The position numbers and the translations under genes were made by a program. Shown here piece by piece: positions 27,116-40,650 of a DNA stretch of 64,000 nt; within the stretch, counting starts at the first letter, position 1, and each line of letters starts with the position of its first letter. The stretch is from Eledone cirrhosa (Eukaryota): assembly GCA_964016885.1 (NCBI GenBank), contig OZ024740.1:410068001-410132000 (forward strand), written 5' to 3'. A model generated the notes under the pieces. That model saw only the letters and a list, made by a program, of their open reading frames with translations. It was not told where the DNA came from and made no database searches.

Positions 27116-28042
27116 AATTAATATCTAGTAACATATATATACATACAGATGCATATCAATGCTAGCAAATATATAGGTTTTGTCTTAGTAACTTTGTGGT
27201 TCAATGCATGGGGTTGCAGAACAATAATATGAGAGACGTAAAATAAGAAAATTATAAAATTAACTTACTTACTAAAATTTCACTCCCAACTAATTAGTTT
27301 CTGAAATGGAATAAATATACTTTCCGAAGAAAATATGGAGAAGCATTTCGTCGTCAGGGAAGGCTATTCTCAGCTAAGTATCCAGGCAAAGCGTGGACTC
27401 TGGAAACTTATACAAAAATAATTCAGTGGATAGAAAATAGCAAAGCGTGGACTGAATTCCTAGCCATTGAGAAAATCACTGCCTACTGCGTCGGTGGCAA
27501 ATTCAAAAAGAATCAATCACGTGACATCGAGGTCAATCAGTGGAAAGTGGTTTGAACCACAAAGTTACTAAGACAAAACCTATATATTTGCTAGCATTGA
27601 TATGCATCTATATGTATATATATGTTACTAGATATTAATTCTTTATAATTATCTTCAAATTATTTGTCGAGCAATATTGGCCAAGACTGCTGCTATGGTA
27701 GCAGGCAGGCCGCTGTCTTATTAACAAACCACTTTCCACTGATTGACCTCGATGTCACGTGATTGATTCTTTTTGAATTTGCCACCGACGCAGTAGGCAG
27801 TGATTTTCTCAATGGCTAGGAATTCAGTCCACGCTTTGCTACTTTCTATCCACTGAATTATTTTTGTATAAGTTTCCAGAGTCCACGCTTTGCCTGGATA
27901 CTTAGCTGAGAATAGTCTTCCCTGACGACGAAATGCTTCTCCATATTTTCTTCGGAAAGTATATTTATTCCATTTCAGAAACTAATTAGTTGGGAGTGAA
28001 ATTTTAGTAAGTAAGTTAATTTTATAATTTTCTTATTTTACG

Positions 28043-28052
<10 letters not shown>
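27111..28052. repeat. Interlocked inverted repeats A-B-A'-x-B'
   Basis: 27111-27204 vs 27551-27645 (~95 bp); 27227-27552 vs 27726-28052 (~325 bp); near-perfect; (TA)n on both sides. Confidence 0.9.
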
Positions 28053-28087
<35 letters not shown>

Positions 28088-28091
28088 TGAT

Positions 28092-28139
28092 ATTCTACAG
28101 GACTAGAACTGTTTCATTCTTGAGAAATCATCAGGAATC
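28092..28139 (-). ncRNA. Hammerhead, inverted copy of 28145-28193
   Basis: Reverse complement GATTC-CTGATGA-TTTCTCAAGAAT-GAAACAG-TTCTAGTC-CTGTA-GAATA. Confidence 0.8.
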
Positions 28140-28144
28140 TCAGT

Positions 28145-28193
28145 GATTCCTGATGATTTCCCAAGAATGAAACAGTTCTAGTCCTGTAGAATC
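28145..28193 (+). ncRNA. Complete type I hammerhead ribozyme motif
   Basis: Stem I GATTC/GAATC, core CTGATGA and GAAA, stem II TTC/GAA, stem III ACAG/CTGT, GTA triplet. Confidence 0.85.
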
Positions 28194-28484
28194 TCATCTA
28201 TATTAGAACTTTTATACTCTGCTATGTATTGAGTAACTTACTTACTGTGGTTACCTCCGATTCAACCCGGAATAACTTACTATATATAAATCAGATAAAT
28301 CCACCAATTAATGGTAGGGTCTAAAGCGTATGAAGAACTCAAATTAATCCGTATATAGAAGATGTTGTGAAGCAAAGTTTAAAATACAAAATTTTCAACG
28401 ATATAATTCATTGGATACAGAGTCAAAAATAGAAATATTAAAACATAGAAATATTAAAACAATGAAATTAAATTTCATTGTTTT

Positions 28485-28641
<157 letters not shown>

Positions 28642-28956
28642 CACACATTTGTATGTGTGTGTATGTGTGTGTGTGTGTAAACACAAATCATCGATAATAT
28701 GACAATAAAAAGTATTGCTTATATCAAATAGGAAACAGTATATATATATGTATTTATATGTACCTATATATATCTATACGTATAAATATATATATACATA
28801 CATATATATATATATGAGAAACCACAAACCCTCCATCTTAATTCTACTTTTGAAAAGCAGAAGAACTGCGAAACTGGTAAAGGAACCAAATAAATATATA
28901 TTAAAAAAAAAAAGACTCCAGTTGCATTTCGATTTCATCTTTTTACCTTATATATA

Positions 28957-29116
28957 TCCCTGAGAACTACGCCAAGGGTACACGTGTTTGTGGAATGTTC
29001 CGCCACTTGCACGTTAATTTCACGAGCAAGCTGTTCCGTTGATCGGATCAACTGGAACACTCGTCGTCGTAACCGACAGAGTACCTTCTTCTTATGCATG
29101 TACATATGTATATATA

Positions 29117-29170
<54 letters not shown>

Positions 29171-29360
29171 TATATATATATACACATATATATATATATA
29201 TACATACACATATGTACATGCATAAGAAGAAGGCACTCCGTCGGTTACGACGACGAGTGTTCCAGTTGATCCGATCAACGGAACAGCCTGCTCGTGAAAT
29301 TAACGTGCAAGTGGCGGAACATTCCACAAACACGTGTACCCTTAGCGTAGTTCTCAGGGA
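28957..29360. repeat. Palindrome with ~150-bp arms (SINE 3' end) around a TA/CA microsatellite
   Basis: 28957-29108 is the near-perfect reverse complement of 29210-29360. Confidence 0.92.
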
Positions 29361-29560
29361 GATTCGGCGTGACACAGAATGTGACAAGGCTGACACTTCG
29401 AATTACAGGTTCAACTGATTTTTGCCAGCTGAGTAAACTGGAGCAACGTGAAATAGTGAAATAAAATGTCTTGCTTAAGGACAAAGCGCGCTGCTTGAAT
29501 AGAACTCACGACTTTCGATCGTGACCTGAATTCCTAATCACGAAGCCATGCGCCTTCACA
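29210..29560 (-). mobile_element. tRNA-derived SINE, family 3
   Basis: Reverse complement begins GTGAAGGCGCATGGCTTCGTG..., as the copy at 59473 does; shared TGCTCCAGTTTACTCAGCTG. Confidence 0.75.
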
Positions 29561-29667
29561 TACTCATATACATACATATATATACACAAACACGCACACA
29601 CATACTCACACACACACAAACACGAATTAGTAACTTTCATCGCATTTTTGACGACAGAAAATAGTCT

Positions 29668-29850
29668 AATAATTGTTTCTACTTTTGGCACAAGGCCAGA
29701 AATTACCCCAGTGTATTACTGGAACTTTATTTTATCGACCCCGTAAGGATGAAGGGCAAAGCTAACCTCAGCGTGATTTGAACTCAGACTGTAAAGGACT
29801 GTAACTCTATGCTGTAAAAAATGGTGTCCGTCTCTATACCGCTACTGCCA
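29668..29850 (-). mobile_element. SINE family 1
   Basis: Reverse complement of the 126-312 consensus. Confidence 0.8.
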
Positions 29851-30004
29851 AAATAACAGTGTCTAAGCACCCCAGAACGTAAAGGAACGTATATCAATAT
29901 ACTGATGCCCTCTTAGACTATTTTAGGTAATAAAAAATACAGCGAAATTTACTAATTCATTTCAGTTTTCAAATTCCATTACCGTCTTCAATCATGTGGT
30001 ATTT

Positions 30005-30043
30005 ACACACACACGCAAGCACACGCACACACACACGCACGCG

Positions 30044-30131
<88 letters not shown>

Positions 30132-30228
30132 CACACACGCACACACACGCACACACACACACACACACACACATACACACGCACACACGCACACGCACAC
30201 ACACACACACACGCACACACGCACACGC

Positions 30229-30310
<82 letters not shown>

Positions 30311-30330
30311 ACACACACACACACACATAT
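30005..30330. repeat. (CA)n/(CACG) microsatellite
   Basis: Direct reading. Confidence 0.97.
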
Positions 30331-31572
30331 ATACGCATATATACATCTGTGTGTATTTATCTATACATGGATGCATGTATTTGTAAAAGCAATAATTTAT
30401 TTCTAGAAATCTCTTGAAGATTCATCTTAGGAAACAAAACTAATCTTGATCAAATAAGTTAGACAAGCTAAAAAAACAACCCCCACCCCACCCCACCCCA
30501 GAAAATAGAACAAAAATAACTACAGCTGGCACTGTAGGAAATAAAATATGTTTGTATTAAACTGAATACAAAACATACAGGTATACTGGAAATAGATACA
30601 AATAAAAAAAAAAAAAATGAAAAAACGTCCAATTTACATAAAATCATAGATAATGTTGTTAGGGTTTTCTTATTTGCTTTTATATCAATTCAATCAAGAA
30701 AAATAGTCATGGGAATATATAATTGCAACAATCCTCGTTGTTGTTTAGCCTCGGGTCAGCTCTGACTACTAGATCTATGATAAAAAAGTGTTCTAACCGT
30801 TACCACCCCGTCTTTTATTGAATCATAGGGCATCATACAGTGGTAGGATGTGATTTTAAGGATATTTGCTTGCTATTTCTAGCATCTAGTGTGTGCAAAT
30901 AGAGTAGGTTTGAAGAAGCTTTTACTACCAGGGGCTTCTGATTAACCGAGCTTTCCTCTTTAATGATAACACTAAATGTTTCGGACGGAGGTTGGCTCAA
31001 TCCATATTTGCCTTCTGTACCCATCATTGTGGGCGATGGAAATCGCCTTTAATGCTGGCAATGGATATATATTATGATTTAAGCACGCACAATTTCAAAT
31101 TTGCTTCATGGAATGTACAAGATCTGTTCGACAAAGAGGTCTTTAATCATTCATAACAAGTCCTCTAGGCGTCAAAGAGTTAACCCAAATAAACAAAGCT
31201 GTAGCTTTTGGTAAAGTCTCTTTTGAACAAAAATCTTTAACTGAATATTGTGAATGTTGCACGTGTCTTATTTATAAAAACAAAAAGAAAAGTATGTTTC
31301 TTGAGTCAGGTCATAGCTAAAATTTTATATCATTATCCGTGCAGTCATTTGTGTATACAAAGATGGATTACTGTTACCGTGATCAGTTCGTCTTCTTCCA
31401 GTTATGTACCTTACAGGTCTTCGTGGATGAAGGACCTATCTTGAAGACTTTTTCTCTTTCACCGTCTGCCAATTATAAATGGTCAAACCTAGAATCTCTC
31501 TGCCACAAATGGAATTTTAGTGAGCTGAAAGGTGAGCTATTAAAACACACAGGTGTACATTTTCTTTGATAT

Positions 31573-31673
31573 TCTGCTACTCTCTGGTGAGTACTTCACT
31601 CGTCTCTGCTACTCTCTGGTGAGTACTTCACTCGTCTCTGCTACTCTCTGGTGAGTACTTCACTCGTCTCTGC
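31573..31673 (+). repeat. 32-bp tandem repeat, ~3 copies (TCTGCTACTCTCTGGTGAGTACTTCACTCGTC)
   Basis: Direct reading. Confidence 0.9.
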
Positions 31674-33264
31674 TGGTTGAACTGTATAGTCTAAACATTC
31701 CACTTCTCTTTATCTCCTCCAGTCTTGGTATTTATGGTGTCGTAATCAACTGTTCTTTTTTTTAAATTGTAGTTGGTTCTGCTGTGTTTGTTACTTTTCC
31801 ATCACAACTTGAGATACTGTCAATTGACGTTGATTCTGTTGGTGGCCAAATATTTGTAATATTGGTCGCATTAGCAATTGATGTTGCATTTAGCCTAGAA
31901 AATGTTGTTCTTCTCTATCACAAACATTTTACCTAGTATTCTTCGCCGTGTGCCATAAACGCGTCTGATATTTTGCGAAATTATCAAGTGTAACGAACAA
32001 CTGTAACTGTAATGTCACGTTCGGCCACTTTTCAAAGACAGAGACATTGCAATTTATAACTTCCTTATCCTCCACTACAGTTGTCATCATCCAAATGTTC
32101 AAATAACACAGTGTGGGTATGATAGAACTCGCACAATATAGTGAAGAATTTAATAGATTCTTGCTGGTCACTAAATATTATTCATATTCTACGAATCGAG
32201 GACTGTTGATGTATTTTTTGTTGGAGGAAAACATGGTATTGCATTTTGTCAGCAATCCACTAGTAATGGTATTGGGAATAAATATTTTGAGAGGTTTAAA
32301 AATAAAAAACATTTTGAATTAATAATTACTAACACAGAACCTCACAAATCTACTCGGGTTCCCTTAGTAAGCACCACCTGTATATTTTCCATTTGCAAGG
32401 AACTAAATCATCTTTCACATATTCGTGCAACAGTTTATTTATTGAGCACTGATACAGTTTTTTACCTTCTTCTAAATCACTTCTCGATGCACTGGCAATC
32501 CGTTGCACTAGTCTGCCTTCTTTGTAAGGAAATAAAACTAGGCTGGGTTTTATTTTCTTCCCGCTTCGCTTCTGAATATTTATTATGTGGTGGACTCCGC
32601 TAAAGACACTAAAAGGGGGAGGTGGTAGTGATAAGTTGAATGATGGATAATTTTATTCTTCTTTCAAGAAAAGTCACAATCCATCTGGTGCGTTTTTGCA
32701 CAATTTCCGCCTACCAATTTTCATTCCTTAGGCTTATGTTTACTCAAGTCTGTAGTAGAAGACACTTACCCAAGGCAATACGAAATCACATTATTGTGAA
32801 TCAACATTTTAACTACATTGCTATGTCTACTACGCTCATTTAGTTGTCATTCTAGGTTTTACATTCTTTCTTTTTTGGTTATTATTGCTATCATTATTAT
32901 TGATAGTAGAGTTTCTATTTCTGTTGCTGTCATTCCTGTTATTCTCGTTCGGTATATTGTTATTGTTGTTAACCTTCTGAAATATAAGAGGGTAGCTAAT
33001 CTCTTGGCAGTAGTTGTGCTCTACGTAAAAGTACTGTTCACCACGTCGGCCAAAACAAAAATAAATTTAAAATATATTCCCCTTGAAAGCAGAAATGCTA
33101 TAAAACTGTTCTAACTAAGCCACTGAAGGGGCTGTAAATGCAAAGCAGCAATAAAATAGTAACATATAGCAAATAAAAACAAATATTTCCAACTACTCAC
33201 AGAGCTTCGCTGGTTGTCAGACCATAGTTATTAAACGAGAATAACATTTGTAATAATAATAATG

Positions 33265-33730
33265 ATTTCTTATATAGGCACAAGGCCAGCAATTTTGGTA
33301 CTTTATTTTATCGACCCCGTAAGGATGAAAGGCAAAGTTAACCTCGGCGGGATTTGAACTCAGACCATAAAGGGCTGTAACTCTTTACTGCAAAGCATGG
33401 CGTCCAACCCTCTACCGATACTGCCATTCTACCACCCTTTAGTAATAATTAGTAATAATAATTAGTAAACATTAGTAATAATAATAATAATAACAGTTTC
33501 TGATTGAAGCACAAGGCCAGAAATTTTTTTTCGTTTGGGGGGGGGGGGGGGGTCAATTAAATCGACCCCAGTGCGTGATTGGTTCTTTATTTTATCGACC
33601 CCATAAGGACGAAAGGCAAAAATAACCTCGGGATTACTAGACGGGATTTGAAATCAGAACGCAAAGTGCCATAACTCTATGTCATAAAGTATGTTGTCCG
33701 ACGCTCTACCAATACTGCCAATCTACCACA
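33265..33730 (-). mobile_element. Two SINE family 1 copies separated by (AAT)n
   Basis: Reverse-complement core TTTATCGACCCCGTAAGGATGAAAGGC and B box. Confidence 0.8.
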
Positions 33731-33749
33731 ATAATAATTATTATTATAA

Positions 33750-35985
33750 AATACTGGATTGGTGACCAGCGCAGCTTGGCTCGCTTCAATTTTAAAGTTT
33801 GAGCGACTATTAAAGTCATTTACGCCTAACCTTAATGAGTGAAATGAATCAAAACAATTGTATACTCTAATACGTGAATGTTGTCGGAACTTCTAGTGAA
33901 AGTGCCTCGTCCGACAAGTACCCTGTGGTTGAGCAGCACAGGTCCGGTTGTCATCATGACACTACTAGAATGAAGTGGAGTAAGGAGGTAAACGAGACTG
34001 TTATGGAGTGTTATTCTTGAAACAAGCCATTCAATGAAAATGGTGTGTAAATTAGAGGACATAGATTAAGGGTGTTACGAGTATGGCATGAGATGGTGTT
34101 CTTTGACTCAACTGAACAGAGGATTTGTGATCAGGCAAGGGCAATATACAAAACCAGATGGCTATCTGAGATTGAGATTGAAATGATTAAAATATAAATG
34201 AAGAGAGTGTGGGGGATATGGAGGATCAGGATGCTGGATATTCTAAAGAGTATGGAAAATAATGGAATAACAGGAAGAAGAGGAACTGAATATTTGAGAT
34301 GATGTGGGAGATGACATTATCATTGATGAACTGGAGAACATATAAAAAAAGACAGATGATTGCTGATATATTAGAGATATCTAAATCAGGAGGCAATAGT
34401 CCAAAACATTTTAAAAAAGCAAACCAACGTCAGCTAAAAGAAATAACAAAGTAAACAGCATCCTTGACAAGGTGCCAACTAGAACCATCACAGAAACCAA
34501 CGATCTCATCAGTGTTGCAAGTATCTACATTGTTAAAGAGTTAGGTCTGAAACAGACAACATGAGAGACGGTCAAGGAACCATGCTGGAAAAGGAGAATT
34601 GAAGGGGACATCAAAATGTTAAGGAAAGAGATTAATATTCTGGAAAGGGAAAAACGAGGTGAATTAAGAAAAAAGGGGAAAAGATTGAACAACCTACGGG
34701 GAAGTACAATACCAGGAGAAAGAAGATTACTACAGTCACTGAGTGGCTGAAACAAAGGTACTTGCCAAAACTGCAAAGATTAAGAAGTATGAAGAACAGG
34801 TCATGCAATATAAACAGAATGTACGTTTCCTAAAGATTCTATCAGGAAATAAATGGCATGGTTTGGAATGTTGTAGTCTCTGATGCGAATGAAAATAAGA
34901 AGTTTTGGAGTGTAGGAAAAGGGCACTATAGAAGTGTGGAGTGGTTGACTAACATCAAAAATGACATTGGGGAGAATCAACAGGGAGAATTGGAGGTAAC
35001 TGATATGTTACCCTATCGAGTGTAAAAGATGAACAATTTGAAAGCTCCCGGCAGAGACGCTATGCAAGGATCTGGATGAAAAGGCCGAGGGCTCTTCATG
35101 GGAGAATTGCTGAACAACTGAATAAGATCTTGAACGGAGAAAAGAGGTTACTGAAATGACTAATCTTTGGGAGAATGATCTTGTGTTTGAAGGAACCCAA
35201 CAAAAGTAATGTAGCTGAAAAGCTTAGACCTATCTCTGGCCTCCCCCTTATGTGAAAGCTTATGACAGGTGTCATTACTGAGGATATGTATGAATATCTG
35301 GAGGAGGCTCTACCTGAAGATCAGAAGGGGTATAGGAGAAGAAGCGGGGGGGGGGGACTAAGGATCAATTGTTGATTGGTAAGGTGTTCTTTAAAGATTG
35401 TAAAAGGAGGCCCACAAACCTTGCCATGGCTTGGATCGATTACCGCAATAATTATGACAGGTACCACAAAGCTGGATAGTAGAATGTGTGAACATGTTTG
35501 GTATTGCAGCTAACGTTAGACAGTTCCTGGTGAGCAGTATGGATGGTTGGAAGACTGAACTGACATCATGTAGACAGACATTGGGTGTTGTGAAGATAAA
35601 GAGAGAAATATTTCTGGGAGACATTCTTTTGCCTTTGCTGTTTGGATTGTGTATGGTTCTACTTTCATTGGTGTTGAGAAAGTCAAAGGCTGGTTATGTG
35701 TGGGGAGGATGTGAGTTTAAGATAAACCACCTGCTGTTCACGGATGACTTAAAACTCTTTAGGAAATCCTATGAACATATTGATTCCCTTGTACGAACAG
35801 TTAATACATTCAGTACAGACATAGGAATTGAACTTGATATTAAGAAAATGTTGGGTGTTACTACTGAAGTGAGGTAGAATTGATAAGTTCGAAGGAATTA
35901 TATTACAGACGGACAAGTTATGAAGGAAATTGACGATAACGGGTATAAGTATTTAAGTATCATGGAAATAGACCGAATGAAAGAG
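33750..35985 (+). pseudogene. Old Dong/R4-like retrotransposon, 5' half (N-terminus to RT), many stops
   Basis: [58 protein letters not shown]; begins after an (AAT)/(ATT) tract; ends at a SINE (35986-36115). Confidence 0.8.
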
Positions 35986-36339
35986 AGTTCAAATCCCGTC
36001 AAGTTTAGCATTGCCTTTCATCCTTACGGTGTCGACTAAATAAAGTACCAGTAACACACTGGGACCAAGTTAATCAACTTTACCATCTCCCAAAATTCTT
36101 GGCCTTGTGCCAGTATTTGTTCTAGTGTTGTCGAAATTTGGAATACTAATTCTTTTGTGCAAAATGTCACATTATTAGAACTAGCTTTCTTTAGCTCAAT
36201 TTGGTTTGACGTCTGCCGTATTTAACATTATAGCGATACCAGGATCCGCCAACTTGAAGCAATATCGAAATATTTCTGTAAATATTAAACAAAAGAAAAT
36301 AAATATGAACGCGAACGTATCACACAGCTCCACATAGTT

Positions 36340-36377
<38 letters not shown>

Positions 36378-36443
36378 AAACAGCATCAACAACAACAACA
36401 ACAACAATAACAACAGCAGCAAAAACAGCAACAACAACAACAA
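36340..36443. repeat. (AAC)n microsatellite
   Basis: Direct reading. Confidence 0.95.
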
Positions 36444-36607
36444 TCATTCTGAGTACCGTAGGTGATTTTAACACATCACTTTACAATAGCCACAAGCAGC
36501 AGCAGCAACCCACAGAGAGATATTTCTGAAACACCACCTCATAGAGTCATATCTCAATACATGGATCAGCGAAACAGTCAGGACCATTGGCATATATATA
36601 TAAATAT

Positions 36608-36670
<63 letters not shown>

Positions 36671-36674
<4 letters not shown>

Positions 36675-36730
36675 TTATAAAAATATTTACTTGTTGTATC
36701 CCAACAATTTAAATAGAACTTTTGCATATA
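36671..36730 (+). mobile_element. ~60-bp 3'-terminal remnant of the PLE Z family in (TA)n
   Basis: TCAGTTATAAAAATATTTACTTGTTGTATCCCAACAATTTAAATAGAACTTTTGC matches 8329-8383. Confidence 0.8.
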
Positions 36731-37616
36731 TATCTGTTAGAACACGAAAAGTGTGAAACAACAGAATGTTCACTTTTCGTGTTCTAACATATATGCCTAG
36801 CTTCTTCATAAATTTTCCGGGGATAGCCGTGGTGGTGGTGATCGTATGTCATTGGCTAATTTTCAACCAATCAGAGTAAGTGTTGATATATATATATATA
36901 TATATATACTATTCCCCCTCTCTCTATATATATCTTACGCTTTCGCTTTACACTCCTCCCCTTCAATAACATATATCTCTTATACTGTTACACTTATATT
37001 TCCATTTATTTATTACCCCCTCTCTCTATATCTCTTCCACTGTTACTTACGCCTGTTTCTCTCTATCTGTTCCGTCTCTATATATATCTCTCTTACTCTT
37101 TCGCTTTGCACTCCTCCCCTTCAATACCATCTCTCCCCTCTCTATATATTTGTTACTCTATCGCTGCACGCTCCTCTCCTTCAATATATCAATTACACAC
37201 GCTTTACACTCCTTTATCCCCAGCGCCCCTATATATACACCCCCCCCGCATCTATATTTTAATGTTCCGTTGCACCGTGAATATATGTGTCTATATATAT
37301 ATACATATATATTGTATATACACATTCATGTATGTGTATACACACTCATGTATGTATATAAACTGGTTTTATGTGTGTATTGTAAATTTGTACTGTTAAA
37401 ACACGAAACTAACATTCGATTGACACTTTGATTACCTGTACAGGCAATAGTTATTAGAATGCTGTTGAAGTGTGTATATATTTTTGGGGGACATCCTGTA
37501 TATACACACATTATATATAATACAATAAACAGATAAATACACACATATATATATGAGCTTATTTAATTATAAATATTGTGAATTTTTAACTCAGTTCAAT
37601 TATATATATAAATGGC

Positions 37617-37660
37617 TTCTACAGGACTAGAACTGTTTCATTCAAAAGAAATCATCATAA
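37617..37660 (-). ncRNA. Degenerate hammerhead (C3>A), same family as 28145
   Basis: Reverse complement ATT-ATGATGA-TTTCTTTTGAAT-GAAACAG-TTCTAGTC-CTGTA-GAA. Confidence 0.65.
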
Positions 37661-38275
37661 TATTGAGAGGGGGGACTAGATAAAATATTTCAAATCAAAT
37701 GTGTATAAGTTATAAGTTAAAATGTATAAATAGAGACGATAGTGGAGGTATATCTGTTTAGTGGAACAGTAGACGATAGAATTAAATACAGACGAGAATC
37801 TCCCTTTAATGAAACAGCAGACGATAGAATTAAGGCAATTTAAATTTTAAGCATTTGCATTTTTGCCTTTCATCGTTACGGGGTCGATAAAATAAAGTAC
37901 CAGTAATACACTGTCACTATAAGTAGACGACTTTCAAATTGAATTGTTGGTTCCATTTCTTTAGTATTTTCAATTGTAGTTATCTACTTAAAAAGCGTTA
38001 CACGGTTAGAGACATAATTGGTAAGTTATATCTTCCCTATTAAACCATTGCATTATTTCGCCTACAATAGAACAAAAATGAAATGTTCTTTAAAGAAACA
38101 GGAATATAACTTTATAAAAAAAAAAGTTGCATCCGCTTCTTTTATCATTGATAATTTTTTCGTTTTAATATTAATTGTTTTTTGTAGTTGTTTATATTAA
38201 AAATCTTACTGTAATATTTACTTAAACGAAGGCAGACATCTAAACTTATAGATTAATCTTGAGCGAAGGACTAGA

Positions 38276-38366
<91 letters not shown>

Positions 38367-38714
38367 GAAGAATGATAAAATTTCAAGCAAAGAGTTTAAT
38401 TAGGTAATGACTTACAAATTTGTTTCAGTATATATTTAATATAATATTAATATATTTTGTAATATTATTAACTAATTATTATAATTAGCGCTTCAGGCTT
38501 TGTCTATATATATCACTCTTCGTTTTGAATTTCTCCTAAGTATTCAATACTCTGTTGAGAAATACATTTTACATAAACAGTCTTTGTACCATTTATACGG
38601 TATTAATTACTTATATTTATATATATATATATATATAGCGTATGATTAGAACTGTGTTTATTATTAATATTTTAATGGATTTAATGAAAAATTTTAGGTG
38701 TTCATATATATATT

Positions 38715-38780
38715 CTAAAAATGCGCGAAATCGTGAATCCGGGATAGTTGAACCGCCAAGTAGCGAGGTATCACTGTATA
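38715..38780. mobile_element. Tc1/mariner/pogo-type terminal remnant (another at ~37440-37502)
   Basis: Ends GCGAGGTATCACTG-TA and GGGGGACATCCTG-TA, typical TA-flanked termini; partner TIRs not found. Confidence 0.45.
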
Positions 38781-38799
38781 TATGTTTAAATATATAGTG

Positions 38800-39460
38800 T
38801 AGCTGTGATGTATCTCGCGAGTGAATCGAGACCTGTCACTGATTTTGGTGTCCCCACTGCCGATGTGAATGAGCAACGCTGCACTTGTGAATTGGGTCTT
38901 GATGTTGCAGGAACCCCTATCTTGCTCAGAACATTGACCTCCTGGAAACTGTTCAGAGACATGCAACCAAGCGCATACCCTCCATCAGACACCTACCATA
39001 CCCTGAATATTTTGCTTCCCTCTGGCAATGGACTTTGTAAACACCCACAAAGTTATTAACCATCCGACCAACAACAACCCCGAACACCTTTTTGATCTCC
39101 ATGTGTCTAACACGTGGACATGCCTACAAAGTCAGAAAACAACACAGCTCCCATGACTTTAGGAAATATTTCTTCATGCTCAGAGTTGCTGAAGGATGGA
39201 ACAAACTTCCTGCATCAGTTGTTAGCTGATGACACACTGCATCCTTTAAAACCATCATACATTCCGAAATACACCAAAACTACACCTGATGTCCCCCTTC
39301 CATACACATGCACATATGTGTATATCATGACTCATGCACTGTTCTTTTTTCCTGACGTTTTTATATTACCCTATGTATTATATATGCACTTTTGATGAGT
39401 TGTAGTGCACCTCAGCATTGTACACAATATTTTCATTATTATTATCATTATTATTATTAC
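38800..39460 (+). mobile_element. CR1-type LINE 3' fragment
   Basis: TRGHAYKVRKQHSSHDFRKYFFMLRVAEGWNKLPASVV, typical CR1 ORF2 C-terminus; (ATT)n tail. Confidence 0.75.
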
Positions 39461-39924
39461 ACTCATTGATCCATTTTGCACTAACTCTGCATCAAGCACC
39501 CTCACCTAAATATTAACCAATCAAGGATCCAATACAGTTATCTGTTGGATGAGTATTGTATAGTGCCAAAAACGAAACCAATCAGTTTAGCAGAAAGTTT
39601 CCAGACAAGAAACACGCATATTTTGCTATCCTCAAACACGTTTACACATGGCATGAAATATAACTAATCCGAGATGGCTAGGTTTCATCTTCTAACTGGA
39701 TATACGAAATCCATTATGTCTTGACAACAACATGAGGTAACATTATGTTATTCACAGACACACTTTGTACACTGTTCCATATCAGAATGTATTTCCTTTG
39801 TCACATTCACAAACAGTATTGAAAATATGTTCTTCGGCAAATAAAAATGTTTTGTTCATAATATTTCAACTAGCGATTGCTCTACTCCACGCACGACCAC
39901 CATAAATTAATGACCAGCTCAACA

Positions 39925-40095
39925 CAAGTATTGGTAGAGCGTCAGACACCATGCTTTGCAGTATTGTTATGGTCCTTTGCATTCTAAGTTCAAATCCTGC
40001 CGAGGTTAACTTCGACTTTCATACTTACTAATTCGATAAAATAAAGTACCAGTAATGGACTGCCGTAATGGATTTGTGCCGAAAAATAGAAACAC
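39925..40095 (+). mobile_element. SINE family 1, diverged
   Basis: GTATTGGTAGAGCGTC..AGTTCAAATCC..GATAAAATAAAGTACCAGTAAT. Confidence 0.7.
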
Positions 40096-40650
40096 TATTA
40101 ATGTGCAATAAGAGCAAAATATAACGACATTGCTCAATTATTTTATCTAATGTTGTAATAACACAAGGAAATGTTGTTTGTGTATTTTTTTTTATATTTG
40201 CTCATAGGCTTTTACAATTTCGCTCAGCCAACAACTATTAAAAAGTGAGTTGCTTAAGATAACAATTTAATCACAAATTGTTGCTATCTTTTAATACACT
40301 CCAACAAGTCATCAAATTATGTACAATAAAAACAAATCTTATTAATTTGCTCAGGGAATATAAAGAAAATGTATATACACTGATAATTGCAATTGTATGT
40401 AAATATTTTGTTTTTGTATTGTTTATTTTATGTTTTCTATTATGTATAATATATTGATTTAATATTGATTGTTTTTTGTAGTTGTTTATATTAAAAGTCT
40501 GAAAATATTTTTATACATCTTACACTAATATTTATAAGATAATTTATAATAACAATTACATAATCTAATTACATTACAACGATAATTTATTATTAATATA
40601 TATCCTGTTTAACTAGAGTTATTACAAGCGTTGCCTTAAAAAAATATTAA

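Noticed and set aside
30850-33240. Decayed LINE pieces (FASWNVQ APE start at ~31060-31135 plus; possible gag-like knuckles at ~31940-32060 minus)
   Set aside because: Too fragmentary to set boundaries or family.
37760-37830. Hammerhead-like CAGACGA...GAAAC
   Set aside because: Core is mutated and stems II and III do not pair convincingly.
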